Below, in pieces: positions 1 to 14,029 of a stretch of DNA of 64,000 nt; positions within the stretch are counted from its first letter, which is position 1; every line of letters starts with the position of its first letter. The notes under the pieces are model-generated. The model saw only the letters and a list, made by a program, of their open reading frames with translations. It was not told the origin of the DNA and did not search any database. The position numbers and the translations under genes were made by a program. This stretch comes from the human T2T-CHM13v2.0 reference genome, Homo sapiens. The DNA is taken from NCBI RefSeq assembly GCF_009914755.1, contig NC_060942.1; one strand, written 5' to 3'.

Positions 1-834
1 AGACATTTATGCAGCCAAAAGACACATGAAAAAATGCTCATCATCACTGGCCATCAGAGAAATGCAAATCAAAACCACAATGAGATACCACCTCACACCA
101 GTTAGAATGGCAATCATTAAAAAGTCAGGAAACAACAGGTGCTGGAGAGGATGTGGAGAAATAGGAACACTTTTACACTGTTGGTGGGACTGTAAACTAG
201 TTCAACCATTGTGGGAGTCAGTGTGGCGATTCCTCAGGGATCTAGAACTAGAAATACCATTTGACCCAGCCATCCCATTACTGGGAATATACCTAAAGGA
301 CTATAAATCATGCTGCTATAAAGACACATGCACACGTATGTTTATTGCGGCACTATTCACAATAGCAAAGACTTGGAACCAACCCAAATGTCCAACAATG
401 ATAGACTGGATTAAGAAAATGTGGCACATATACACCATGGAATACTATGCAGCCATAAAAAATGATGAGTTCATGTTCTTTGTAGGGACATGGATGAAAT
501 TGGAAATCATCATTCTCAGTAAACTATCACAAGGACAAAAAACCAAATACCACATGTTCTCACTCATAGATGGGAATTGAATAATGAGAACACATGGACA
601 AAGGAAGGGGAACATCACACTCTGGGGACTGTTGTGGGGTGGGGGGAGGGGGGAGGGATAGCATTAGGAGATATACCTAATGCTAAATGACGAGTTAATG
701 GGTGCAGCACACCAGCATGGCACATGTATACATATGTAACTAACCTGCACATTGCGCACATGTACCCTACAACTTAAAGTATAATAATAATAAAAAAATA
801 AAAAATTTAAAGAAAAAGAAAAAAAAAAAAGAAA
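1..834 (+). mobile_element. LINE-1 3' end, L1PA3-like (continues upstream of window)
   Basis: ORF2 C-terminus, 3'UTR with G-rich tract and poly(A) tail; gcattaggagatatacctaatgctaaatgacgagttaatggg and gtaactaacc fit L1PA3 rather than L1HS-Ta (no ACA). Confidence 0.95.
2..580 (+). CDS. L1 ORF2p C-terminal cysteine-rich domain (partial, open to window edge)
   Basis: [16 protein letters not shown]...[13 protein letters not shown]...HMFSLIDGN* matches the ORF2p C-terminus with no stops. Confidence 0.9.
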   Translation, partial: DIYAAKRHMKKCSSSLAIREMQIKTTMRYHLTPVRMAIIKKSGNNRCWRGCGEIGTLLHCWWDCKLVQPLWESVWRFLRDLELEIPFDPAIPLLGIYLKDYKSCCYKDTCTRMFIAALFTIAKTWNQPKCPTMIDWIKKMWHIYTMEYYAAIKNDEFMFFVGTWMKLEIIILSKLSQGQKTKYHMFSLIDGN

Positions 835-889
835 GGCTAAGTTGTAAACCTCTCCCCTGCTGTTTGATGCATAAAAATAAAGTTTAAAA

Positions 890-1030
890 AAGGCTCTGCC
901 ACTTTATGGCAATGTGTGTTTGTTTAATCTTACTTACTGGTTGCTTTGAGAGATAAATTAAGTGAAAAGGTACATGCAAAGCACCTAGCAAGGTTCCAGA
1001 ACATGATGGAAGTTCAACAACTGTCATTTC
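890..1030 (+). mobile_element. MIR fragment
   Basis: Degenerate MIR 3' part (aaagcacctagc...gttcaacaactgtc). Confidence 0.5.
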
Positions 1031-1539
1031 CTTTCCCTTTTTCCTTTCTGAAGTTTATGACCCTCATTTATAAAATGAAGGTGATAGTTTTTTTGTTTTC
1101 AGAAAATTCACACAAAAGTAAATTACCTCCAAGATAAATATGAAAAAATATATCCAGCCTATTTAGGAATAAAATGACTGGATTTTAAAACACTGCTATA
1201 CCTCTTTAAAAACCTACTAAATGAGCAAAGACTTTTAATAAAGTCAGTCAATGCTAAGGAAAGTGGACTATCTGCTACCAAGAATATGCACTTGTGAAAA
1301 GATTGTGTATGGTTGGGTAGTCAGGCAGAGGGGTTGGGCAATGAAGGGAGGTAGAAGAGAGATTCCAAAACATTCATACTCTGCAACTCAATAGCACCAC
1401 ATCATGGACTTTCAAAGAAATTAAACTTGTTAGACACAAATATAAATACTTAAAAATCTGACAACAGAAAATAGTTAACTGAATCATGGTATATCTAAAC
1501 AATGCAATATTTTGCACAAATAAATATGTATGCATAGAC

Positions 1540-2485
1540 ATTAAAATGACTGTGAACTGGTGAGAATGTATAATGATGGAACTACTTTGGAAAATAGTCT
1601 GACGATTCCGAAAAATGTTAAGCATAGAGTTACCATATGACCCAGCAATTCTACTCCTATGAAAATGAAAATGTGTCCACACAGAAATATGTACATAAAT
1701 ATTTATACTAGCATTTATTCGTAATAACAAAAATGTGAAAACAATTCAAATGTCCATCAACTGATGAATGGATAAACAGAATTTGGTATAAACATACAAT
1801 GTAATAATTATTTGACAATAAAAAGGAATGAAATGGGCAGGGTGCGGTAGCTCATACCTGTAATCCCAGCACTTTGGGAGGCAAAGGCAGGCAGATCACT
1901 TGAGGTCAGGAGTTTGAGACCAGCCTGGCCAAACATGGCAAAACCTCGTCTCTACTAAAAATACAAAAAATTAGCTGAGTGTGGTGGCACGCATCTGTAA
2001 TCCCAGCTACTCAAGAAGATGAGACAGGAGAATCACTTGAACCCAGGAGGCAGAAATTGCAGTGAACCGAGATCACGCCACTGCACTCCAGCCTGGGTGA
2101 CAGAGTGAGACTCCTTTAAAAAAAAAAAAAGGAATGAAATACTGATACATGAAACAACATGGATAAGCCTTTAAAAGACTATGCTAGGTAAAATAAATCA
2201 GTCAAAACAGACCACATATTGTGTCATTCCATTTACATGAAGTGTCCAGAACACCCATATTCATATCCATAGAGGCAAGTAGATTAGTGTCTGCTTAGTA
2301 TTATGGAGAAAGGGAGAATGACTACTAGTGAATATGGGATTTCTTTTTGGGGGGATGATGAAAATATTTTTAAATTGATTATGTTAATGGTTGCACAACT
2401 GTGAATATGCAAAAAAATCACTAATTTGTACACTTTAAGTAGATGAATTGTATGATGTGTGAATTAAATCTTGATAAAGCTGCTC
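1540..2485 (+). mobile_element. Old L1 (L1MB/L1MC-type) 3' end, interrupted by an Alu
   Basis: catagagttaccatatgacccagcaattctactcct, aaatgtccatcaactgatgaatggataaac; ends aataaagctg-like. Confidence 0.85.
1835..2130 (+). mobile_element. AluS
   Basis: Full dimer with poly(A); TSD aaaaggaatgaaat on both sides. Confidence 0.97.
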
Positions 2486-2719
2486 TATAAATGACTGAAG
2501 AACTTTTAATAACAGGATCAAACACTTGTATCTGCTATGAACAATCATTAAAGTAGCATTCAAAAAATTTATATGAAACATACAACTATGTAGAAATATG
2601 CACAGAAAAAAGAGTAGGAGCGAGCCTCTGGGTAATATCTTTAAAAGGAACACATTTGGAGGAAATGGAAGAGGAAATAACATTTTGGTAACTGGAAAGC
2701 AAATGAGCACATGGTCACT

Positions 2720-3400
2720 GACCTAGCAAATCAGAGCAGGCTGACTCCTGTGCTGAGAACCAACCAGAATCCTCAAGTCTCAGGAACTGGCACCAGGTAC
2801 CTCTGAAAATGGGACAGACAACAGGATTTGTTGAAAGCTTCTGAGGAAACAGATCCTAGATCCTCTTCTCTGCTTCACCCCACTGGGTGACTGTCCTCCC
2901 ACTCTGGTGAAAACAAGAGGTTCATACTACAGAGAGGGCAAGATAGAGGGGGTCTGGTCTACTCTAGAGGATACCAGGCCTAACTGAAGGATGAGTATCA
3001 TACAGACACACGGGGATTTTGTAATCCTGTACGTCGTAAATTCTGAGACCCTCCAGCCAAATTTCTCCACTCAACACACAGAACACTGGCAGTCAGGCCT
3101 TTACCTTCAGATCAGAGATGAAAGAGCCTTCTTTGGGGCATCTGACCAATCCAAAAGAAAAGCCTTAAACATACTGACGTGGGCCCAAGCAGAGCACCCT
3201 AAAGTAAAGCTCATGTTCAATCAGCTCCACTCATATGCTGAGACTACAGATCAGCTATTTAGACCCCCACTTTTAAACACGAGCAGACAATCAAGTATAA
3301 CCAGATATTTGAGTAGATCCTTTAACATAAATGTTAGAGACCAAAACAAAGAGAAAGAAAAAAAGAAAAAAAAACCCTAGAAGAAAAGTGGTCTATGGTG
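2720..3400 (+). mobile_element. HAL1/old L1 5'-region fragment
   Basis: Resembles HAL1 (agaacactggcagtcaggcc; ccagatatttgag...taacataaatgttagagaccaaaacaaa). Confidence 0.5.
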
Positions 3401-3694
3401 CAGAAATTAAATACAATAATCCCAGCTGTTACAAAATTAAACCTACATAGAACAATGACTTAAACCCCAAAATGGGAGTTCCTGATTAGTAGGCAGCTCT
3501 CCTCCAAGTATTGATTTAGGGATCCAAGTTCCTTTCACTTTTTGAAAATTTGCAATTGCATTTCTTAGCGGATTCCCAAAATTGTATGATGGCCATGCTG
3601 AGAAAAACCTGCATTAACCCTTATTTACATCTAGCAAATAACTAAAAAGGAAAAGCTAGGTAATTATTCATCCCCAAATTGTTCAAGAAAACTA

Positions 3695-3989
<295 letters not shown>

Positions 3990-4009
3990 GAAAGAAAGAA
4001 AGAAAGAAA

Positions 4010-4062
<53 letters not shown>
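3990..4062 (+). repeat. (GAAA)n microsatellite from Alu tail
   Basis: About 18 GAAA units with one GAA interruption. Confidence 0.97.
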
Positions 4063-4079
4063 AGGAAAAAAGACTAATC

Positions 4080-4430
4080 ATAGTAAGCCATATATCTCAG
4101 CTTTGAATCTCATCTCCAAATAGCATATGCAATATAATAATGTAAGCACAGCATGTTAATCAACCAAAATCTCTATGGAGAAGATGGGAGATGAGATATA
4201 TACATATACAATGGTAGAGGGGCAGAGCTAACTTCTCTGCCATTTTCCATAATGGGAAGTCCACAGACAATGCCTAAAATTTATAAAACAAGAAGAAACA
4301 CAAATATGTTATTTAAAGATGAGGTAAATACAAAAACAAAAAGCTTTAAAAAGAGGTGGAATTAGTTATTTCTGAGAAAGGAAATTTGGGGAGGATGAAA
4401 ACTTTTTATGCCACGTGAATATAATTTTGA
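4080..4430 (+). mobile_element. HAL1 3'-region fragment
   Basis: ttccataatgggaagtccacagacaatgcctaaaatt resembles HAL1. Confidence 0.45.
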
Positions 4431-4902
4431 TTTTTAAATAGAAAAAAAAGGTGGAAAATATTTTTTGGTATTAACAGTGATTATTCCTGGGTAAAGGATT
4501 TTGGATAAATTTTTAAAATATTCTTTCCTCCATCTATATTTTCTGCATATTCTAAAGTAAACATGAATTATTTTTACAACCAAAGTATTAAAGTGTAAAA
4601 GTAACATGTCTGTCTCAAAAGTTGTAAGAGTTAAATGTGAAATGTTTTTAAACAAACTGGCATTTTTAAATTTTAGCTATTCGAATTAAATAAAAAGGAG
4701 ATGAGTTTTTATGAGGTTAAATTGCTATTCCATATGATAGAAAATTTGGGTATATTAGATCCTTTTGTAAAACATACCAGATTACCACTCTTATTTTCTG
4801 AACTATCTTGCCTCTTTTTTTTTTCTTCATAACAACAAAATAAATGTCCTTCCAGGAAGTACCATAATTTTTAGGGTTTTTTTGAGGCAAACACTTGACT
4901 GC

Positions 4903-7203
4903 TATATTAATCTATTCTCATGCTGCTAATAAAGACATATCTGAGACTGGGTAATTTATAAAAGCAAGAGGTTTAATTGACTCACAGCTCAGCATGACTG
5001 GAGAGGCCTCAGGAAACGTCCAACCATGATGGAAGGGGAAGCAAACACTTCTTTCTTCACATGGCAGCAGGCGACAGAAGAATGAAAAACCAAGTGCAGG
5101 GGAAGCCCCTTATAAAACCATCAGATCTCCTGAGAACTCACTATCACAAGAATAGCATGGGGGAACCACCCCCATGATTCAATTACCTCCTACCAGATAC
5201 TTCCTATGACATGTGGGGATTATGGGAACTATAATTCAAGATGAGATTTGGGCGGGGGGACATGGCAAAACCATATCATTCTGCCCCTGGCCCCTCCCAA
5301 ATCTCATGTCCTCACAATTCAAAAAATAATCATGTCCTTCCAATAGTCCCCCAAAGTCTTAAATCATTCCAGTATGGTCTCAAAAGTCCAAGTCCAAAGT
5401 CTCATCTGAGACAAGGCAAGTCCCTTCTGCCTATGAGCCTGTAAAATCAAAAGCAAGTTAGTTACTTCCTAGATACAATGGGGGTACAGACATTGGGTAA
5501 ATATGCCCATTCCAAATGGGAGAAATTGGACAAAACAAAGGGGCTATAGGCCCCATGCCAGTCCAAAATCGAATAGGGCAGTCATTAAAACTTAAAATTC
5601 CAAAATGGTCTCCTTTGACTCCATATCTCACATACAGGTCACAGTGATGCAACAGGTGGGCTCCCACAGCCCTGGGCAGCTCCACCCCTGTGGCTTTGCA
5701 GAGTACAGTCCCATCCCAGCTAGCATAGAGTGTCTGCAGCTTTTCCAGGTGCATGGTGCAAGCTGTCAGTGGATCTACCATTCTGGGGTCTGGAGGACAG
5801 TGGCCCTCTTCTCACAGCTCCACTAGGCAGTGCCCCAGTGGAGACTCTGTGTGGGGGCTCCAACCTTGCATTTCACCTCAGCACTGCCCTAGCAGAGGTT
5901 CTTCTGCAGCAAACTTCTGCCTGGACATCCAGGCATTTCCATACATCCTCTGAAATCTAGGCAGAGGTTCCCAAATCTCAATTCTTGACTTACGTGTGCC
6001 CACAGGCTCAACACCACGTGGAAGCTGCCAAGGCCTGGAGCTTGCACCCTCTTGCCTGAGATGTACATTGGCCCCTTTTAGCCACAGCTACAGTAGCTGA
6101 GATGCAAGGCACCAAGTCCCAAAGCTGCACACAGCAGGGAGGCCCTGGACCTGGCCTAGGAAACCATTTTTCCTTCCTAGGCCTCCAGGCCTGTGATGGG
6201 AGAGGCTGCTGTGAAGGTGTCTGACATGCCCTGGAGACATTTTCCCTATTGTCTTGGTGATTAACATTAGGCTTCTTGCTACCTTTGCAAATATTTGCAG
6301 CTTGCTTGAATTTCTCCCCAGAAAATGGGGTTTTCTTTTCTATCACAATAGTCAGGCTGCAAATTTCCAAACGTTTATGCTATTCTTCCTCTTGAATGCT
6401 TTGCCACTTACAAATGTCTTTTGCCAGATACCCTAAATCACCTCTCTCAAGTTCAGAGTTCCACAGATTTCTGGGATGGGGCAAAATGCCATCAGTCTCT
6501 TTGCATGGCAAGAGTGACCTTTATTCCAGTTGCCAACAAGTTTCCCATCTCCATCTGAGACCACCTTAGTCTGGACTTCATTTCCCATATCACTATCAGC
6601 ATTTTGGTCAAAGCCATTCAACAAGTCTCTAGGAAGTTCCAAACTACCCCACATCTTCCTGTCTTCTGAGCCCTTCAAGACTTTACGAATTCCAAATTTT
6701 CCCACATTTTCCCATCTACTTCTGAGCCCTCCAAACTGTTCCAACCTCTGCCTGTTACTAAGTTCCAAAGTTGCATTCCACATTCAGGTATCCTTATAGC
6801 AGCACTCCACTCTCAGTACCAATTAACTGTATTAGTTAGTTCTCACACTGCTAATAAAGACATACCCAAGACTAGGTAATTTATAAAGGAAAGAGGTTTA
6901 ATTGACTCACAGTTCAGGATGGCTGGGGAGGCCTCAGGAAACTTCCAGCCATGGCAGGAGAAGCAAACATGTCCTTCTTCACATAGCAAAAGGAGAGAAA
7001 AGAATGAGAACTGAGTGAAGGGGGAAGCCCCTTATAAAGCCACCAGATATTGTGAGAACTTACTCATTATCACGAGAATAGCATGAGGGAAACCACCCCC
7101 ATGATTCAATTACCTCCTACCAGGTCCCTCCCATGACACATGGGGATTATAGGAACTACAATTCAAGATGAGATTTGGGTGGGCATGCAGCCAAACCATA
7201 TCA
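4903..7203 (-). mobile_element. Full-length THE1 (THE1C-like) MaLR: LTRs 4903-5278 and 6828-7203, internal 5279-6827
   Basis: Two ~375-bp direct repeats reading tgatatggttt...taata(c/t)a on the - strand, ~1.55-kb THE1 internal region, 5-bp TSD actgc/actgg. Confidence 0.95.
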
Positions 7204-7429
7204 ACTGGTAATTAGAACAATCAGCAGAGCCAACTAAATGTATAAAGTTTCCCAATTTACAGCATCATTTCATGTCATTTGTTTTGTTTCTCTGCCACAC
7301 ATGTATAAGCATCTCAAGGTCAAAATCCACACACCCTCTCTTCTTCCTTCTCTTCCTCTTCTTTTTCATTTTTCTGTCTTTTATTCTTTCCTCCCAAATT
7401 TCAGATACTGGGAAAAAATAACTAACATT

Positions 7430-7620
7430 GGTGTAGTGTTAAGGTAACATTTACAATTTCCACAAAACCTATTTTGTTTCCATTTAATCCTCACAATACC
7501 CATTTTAGGAGGGTGGTAATACTCTCCTCTTTTAATGACACGGAAAACAGAATCACAGAGTGATTTGCCCAGAACACTCTGTGGGTAAACCACAATTGGA
7601 ACCTACAAGGCTTCATCTTC
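7430..7620 (-). mobile_element. MIR
   Basis: catttaatcctcacaa...ggaaaacagaatcacagag...gatttgccc is the reverse complement of the MIR core. Confidence 0.7.
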
Positions 7621-8374
7621 ATGATGGTTATTTACAGCAGGTGTTCAATAAGTATAGCTCAGCCAACCATAACCTGAGAAGAACCTGGGATATTCAACCT
7701 GTAGTTAGTCCAGATTATGCTTCCTTTTGTTCACTGGGCAGAAGAGTGCATAATCATCTGGGAGCTCTCTTTGTGGTGGAAAAATCTGCAGACAAGGTAA
7801 AAATAAGAAAGAAGACCCAGGCATGCCATCAAACAAGAAACACAAGGCAAAACACAAGACATTTCCCACTTACGAAAAGATAGTATGCTTCTGGAAGGAG
7901 TTTCAAAAGCAGGTTTCTCTCTCTATGCACAGTGAAGTACACTTCAGCTCACCCCCACCAGATATGGCATCAGCCAAGATTAAGATTTGTCCAAGGAGCT
8001 GTGCTCAGTTTCTTGGCTTTAGTTTAATTCCTGCTGCTGTCTTCTGGTCATCCTAGCAACACATATTAAATATGATAATTTTTGTTTTAAACACTATTTG
8101 TGCCAGTAAAAGAGAACTGGAAGACTAGGGAAAGGTGAAGAGATATTTTCAGTACCAAATATTTTTCTAAGACATCAGACTCTGCAGCAGTGCTGTGATG
8201 TACACTAAGAACCACCCATTCTCAAAACCTTCCCCTAAGATTTCATTGGCAAAAGTCAGGAATAAGAGGGTGGTCCTGGTTGTAGAATGCTAGAGAAGCT
8301 TAGGGCAAGAACTTTTTTCTGATTCATAGTCAATTTCAGAAAAATGGTCCTCTGAAAACCAAAATCATTTATAG

Positions 8375-8851
<477 letters not shown>

Positions 8852-9143
8852 CCTTTATAGCCTTAAATATAAAAAGAATGCTGTCTTTGAAGGGGTTAGT
8901 ATATGGAAGAAAAGAAATATTCTCCCTCTGTTGCAAAGAGAGCCCTTGATGGAGAGAGATTAAAATATTTTAACACTATAAAAATGAGAATATCATTTTA
9001 CCAGAAAACTAAATCAAGACTAAGAAAAGATACTGAAAACTGCATGTCAAACTTATATTCATTTCCTGGCTCTCACTGTCCACTACAAGGAAGCATATTT
9101 GTTCAACTGCAGAGACAGATGATTTCCCAGCCATGAACTCTCT

Positions 9144-9455
9144 CAGTTGTCCCTTAGTATCCACCAAGGATAGGTTTCAGGAACCACCCCACCAACTGAT
9201 ACCAAAATCCCTGGGTGCTCAAGTATCTGATGTAAAATAATGTGGTATTTATATAGAACTTATGCACGTGCTCCTATACAGTTTAAATCATCTCTAGATT
9301 ACCTACAACACTCCTACAATGTAAATGTTATACAAATAGTTGTTTTACCGTATTTTTTTAAATTTGTATTTTTTTTATTGTTTTTTCTGAATATTTGTTA
9401 TCTGTGGCTGGTTGAATCTGTGGATGAAGAGCCCACAGATATGAAGAGCTGATTG
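9144..9455 (+). mobile_element. MER2-family Tigger MITE
   Basis: cagttgtcccttagtatcc...tttaaatcatctctagattac...gaatctgtggatg...gctgattg termini. Confidence 0.85.
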
Positions 9456-10068
9456 CATTATACAGATCTCTGTTTAATGAATATTGAACTGTGTAAGGGA
9501 CAGTTGTCAATTTTTTTTCTGAAAAAGCGCAAAGTCGTTCTTCTTCATATGACCACTTAGCATAATGCTAAATTGCAAATCTGTGAAGATGAGTTGTACA
9601 AAACTGACAGAATTTATCCTAGGACCATAGCTTTGGCCTGGTCTGACCAGGCCTGATGAAGGGACAAAGCTTTGTTAATAGTGCTTGTTCACTCATTTGC
9701 CTTATCAGATTCTAACCCCATGGTAGGCAGTGTCTGCCCTCACTGGAAACATCACATAACCCAATGCCTGATGCAAAGCGATTGAGCAAAAATTATAGAA
9801 AAAATGAAGAAAATAAGGAGGACAGAGTATTCCTTGGGCTATGTTTCTAAATATCAGTGGTCATAGGATCTTTCATGAAAGCTTTGGAATAGAGGAAAGT
9901 CTGTTTGGAATAAACCTTGGTAAGCACTAGAAACAGGAGGTTGATGAGGCAACCCATGTGCTCTAAAATTAGGTGGAAGTGATGCTTGTTCTGAGAAGTG
10001 GAGACACTGATTTGTATTCTGATCCCTGAGCTACAAAAATACCTGACAACAGAGCCAGAACTTTTCTC

Positions 10069-10174
10069 AGAAAGTGACTCAGCAGCTTGCCTCAGACTGA
10101 CCCAGTTTAGCACTGAAAGCCCCAACTCCTGAGAAATCCTCAGTTCCCGTCAGATCAAAACATTGGTCACCCTA
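10069..10174 (-). mobile_element. MER81-like hAT-Blackjack MITE
   Basis: Terminus ttggtcacccta; internal tttagcactgaaag. Confidence 0.7.
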
Positions 10175-12311
10175 GAAAACAGATGCTCAAGCAGTCCAGC
10201 AGGTAACCATTTTCAGCTGAATTCTGCATCATACAGCATGTAAGTTGTTAATCTAGAGTGGGACATTTTGAGGACAAAAAAATGTTTATTCTACCATGAA
10301 CATATCTTTTTTATCAAAAGCTTAATTTTTAGAAGGATTTCATTCTGATGTCTTGCTGGAATGCATTAGCTGCAGAATTCAATTGAAGGTATCTAAAATG
10401 AGAACACCTGTGGATTTACTTTGGTGTTTCTAAAATGAGATGGCCTAAGGATTCGAGTTTTTTACACAACTAGATAGTAGAGTCCATTAAAATGAAGTTG
10501 AATCTCAATAACTGATATTGAGATTTTTTTAAAGACAGTGATTGGCCATGAGAATCAATTTATTCTTGAGGCCACCTCCAAAATTTTGACTAGATCATTA
10601 ACTTGTCCTCCCATTTTCTTTGAAGGGAGGACATCATTTAGTTCATGTAAGAACAGAATCAAATTATTCAGACATGAATTTACATAGAAGGGCTGAGATG
10701 CAGCCCTGTTTTCACCACTGCATTGTTCTGTCCACTGCCCATCCCACCCCCTGGAAACTCAGTGGGGCATTGAAACTGACTCTGGAAAGACACATGTGAG
10801 CTTGGAATCTACAGAGGAAATATACAATCTGGCCCTTAGAGATTTTTCCATTTATTGAATCAAAGACTAATAAATGCTGTAAAGACTTCTGTTCACAATA
10901 AAAGTAGCATCTTGACATTTCTGGAAAAAGTTACTAACATATAGTGGGATTCATATATTACATTATTGAACGCCCCTATCCTGCAATTTCTGGAGGAAAC
11001 TTGCCCTAATATAATTTATTTTTAGTTCTTTAATAATTCAGAGTTTGAAATACATAATAAGCAAATTCTGATGATCCCAAAACTACAGAACAAACCACAA
11101 ATAACATAAAAGATCTCCAAGACTTCCCTGGTAAGATGCTTCAGCAGTTACTAAAGAGTTCACCTCTAAACGAACTTTCATCCTTACCAGTAGCTGATTA
11201 TTCATTCAGATGAAAATTCAACTGAAAATACTTTCAGTTCAATGGTAACTACCAATAAAGAAAGAATTTTTGTGTAGAGATTTAGGCAAGCACAAATCAG
11301 TCTTATATCAGTTTCACTCAGCTTTATGTTCCATATAGCATGTATTCCTTGAACACAAAAATAAAAAATTTAAATCCTTGATATTTTTATATCAGAGGCA
11401 GTATTTTTCTGATACATATATCAATATACATCCATTCATTATAGTGGCCCAAGGACCTTATGATCACAGTGATGATATGAGACCCAGAGTTTTCCTTGTT
11501 TATAAGTCAGTCATCAAAAAAATGATCCTTTTTGGAGTTTTATGTTATCATTCCACTTTTTTGGATGAAAGAGATAATTTGCAAATCACAAGGAGGAGGG
11601 CTTAAAGTTTATATTGTATGCTAGGCTAGTGACTAGAAAATATTACCAGGATATGTAAATTACTCGCCTACAGCTTGATACAGGAGCCACTTCAGGTGGA
11701 GCATGGGAGAGCATATATGTGACTGTTCCTGACTCTAAGTAGATGGGAAAGCCTGAATTCAAGCATGAGAAATGCTGGGAAAGAAGAAAAAATGTTTTGG
11801 AATAATAATGGTTATTCTATCTGAAATGGTATATCCTTAGTGAATTGTTTCTAACCGTAACCTAAATCCTTGTATTTTCCACAAATCAGCATTTACTGAA
11901 CAAATGTAAGAGAATAAATGATTACCATTCCCTCTCTAGGAACATCTGTTTCCAAAGGAATTTTGGCAGAGTTTACAAGTGATGTCAGACTGCTAGACAC
12001 AAAGATTACAATCTGGCTAATTCTTGCCCTGGCAGTCCTACCTCCAGGGGAGCCTTCACTAGAAAAATGCGAGCCAGAGTTTGAAATGGGTTACTATACA
12101 TTCTCACTGGAAAACAAACAAAAGGCTGGAGGCAGGAAGTGCTCATAGCTGGAGTTTTACTGAATCCCTCAAATGTTTACATTCAACATTCCATAAAATG
12201 TCTATTTGGGAAGATGAACAAAGAGAAACATTTCCCATTATGAGGTTTAGCATCAACAAATATTTACTGAGATAACTCCTTTGAGGTGGAAGGAGCCTCC
12301 AGGTTCTTTCT

Positions 12312-12611
12312 CTTTTTTTTTTTTTTGTTTTTTTTCTGAGACGGAATCTTGCTCTGTTGCCCAGGCTGCAGTGCAGCGGCACAATCTCGGCTCACTGCAA
12401 CCTCTGCTGCCTGGGTTCAAGCAATTCTCCTGCTTCAACCTCTTGAGTAGCTGGGATGACAGGTGAGCACCATCATGCCTGGTTAGGTTTTTCGGTATTT
12501 CTTAGTAGATACGGGGTTTCACTATGTTGGTCAGGCTGGTCTCCAACTCCTGACCTCAGATGGTCCACCTGGCTCGGCCTCCCAAAGTGCTGGGATTACA
12601 GGCATGAGCCA
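12312..12611 (-). mobile_element. AluS
   Basis: Dimer slightly 5'-truncated; TSD ctccaggttctttct. Confidence 0.97.
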
Positions 12612-13947
12612 CTCCAGGTTCTTTCTTTATGGACCAATGTGGTTCACAACACTCATAGAATAGTTACACTTCAGATGGGTAGTTGGCCTACTGGGATTTC
12701 ATAGGATCCTATAATTACTTTCTGTTCATCAGCTTTCATTGGGTCATTAGAAATGTGGTCAAGAAAGGACTTTGAGTGGATTACTTAGGCCAGGGACTAC
12801 AGCAACCACTTTAGACTGGGAAGACTCATTATTGTGAGCATATATTGTGAGCATTTTTAATATGGATGGAAAGAGGTGACATTTGGGTTTTGTTGTAACC
12901 TGCAAAATATTGGTCTAAAGAAATGCAACTCTTTCAAAGTTAAGGTTTGGTGGACAAGAGAGACTTTGCCCTAAGCTAATTCAAAAGAGAATTAAAGAAA
13001 AGACCACTGAAATCAAGTAAAAATCTGTTTTGATGGTGAAAAGAAAATGGAATAGAAAGGAATGTATCATGTGCCATCACTTGGACCCACAATAAGCAGC
13101 AGTGATGTTTCCGCAGCATTTTTCTTTTTTTTCCAGGTTAAAACTGGGTACATTAAAGAACAGGGATGTGCTATAGAGATTTTCACTGGATGACATATAG
13201 TTGTTTGATTGTATTACAACTGTTGAATCATTAAGTTTGGCTAAGGGACTAACATTCCATAAAGTTAAATGATAACATTGAAAAATCAAGGGGCACCAAG
13301 CATCAAGTAGGAGACTGGCTTACTTGACCCTAGGCAAATCACGTAACTTCTTATTTTCAATAAACTTCTCATTGAGGATATGGATGCTTGCTCTAAATTC
13401 TTTACAGATTTATTGTGATGATCAAATAAAGTAATACAATAAAATACAAATATATAGTAATTTATGATCATATAAATGAAAAGCACTATGAAGAAATATA
13501 ACTCACCTTTCAAATATAATGTACTGTTATCGCACACACATCAGTTCCAGCACTATAAACTTAGTTAATTTTTATGTTCAGAGAACTTACTGTGATTAAT
13601 TCCCTTCACCTCTTTTAAGAAGTCAAGGGCATTGGTTCATTTAATGAATGACATTGTTTTTAAATTATTCACTATAGAAAAATGGGTCTGATCTGCAGAC
13701 ACCAATTAACATTGTAGTGACCCTTGCCCCTTCCTAGGTTACCAGCCCCACTCCATCACCTTCCCCTCCCCTCCAACTGTCATTCCTCAGGCAGTTAGGG
13801 TAAAGGTTATGTAATTGCAGCAGTTCCTCCACCACTCATGATTAGAGGCCAATGTAACTGCCAACCAAGAAGCTGAAATAAACTCCACAATGATTACACT
13901 CCACTGTTGCTGAGATTTAACAGAAATTGCCCAACTAGAACCAGAAA

Positions 13948-13950
<3 letters not shown>

Positions 13951-13986
<36 letters not shown>
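13951..13986. repeat. (AT)18 microsatellite
   Basis: Direct reading. Confidence 0.97.
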
Positions 13987-13989
<3 letters not shown>

Positions 13990-14029
13990 GACAAGAAAAT
14001 CTGACCCAATGCCAAAGGAATGTTGTCCC

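Noticed and set aside
836-895. Possible L1 3' transduction (AATAAA then short A-run after the tail)
   Set aside because: A-run is only ~6 nt and the 5' TSD lies outside the window, so it cannot be supported
5241-6799. Cluster of ORFs and a ~50-bp tandem duplication (~6630-6740)
   Set aside because: Inside the non-coding THE1 internal region; the duplication is, as I recall, a family feature
13501-13680. Consensus minus-strand donor AAG|GTGAGT at 13507/13506
   Set aside because: No clearly paired strong acceptor; isolated donors are common
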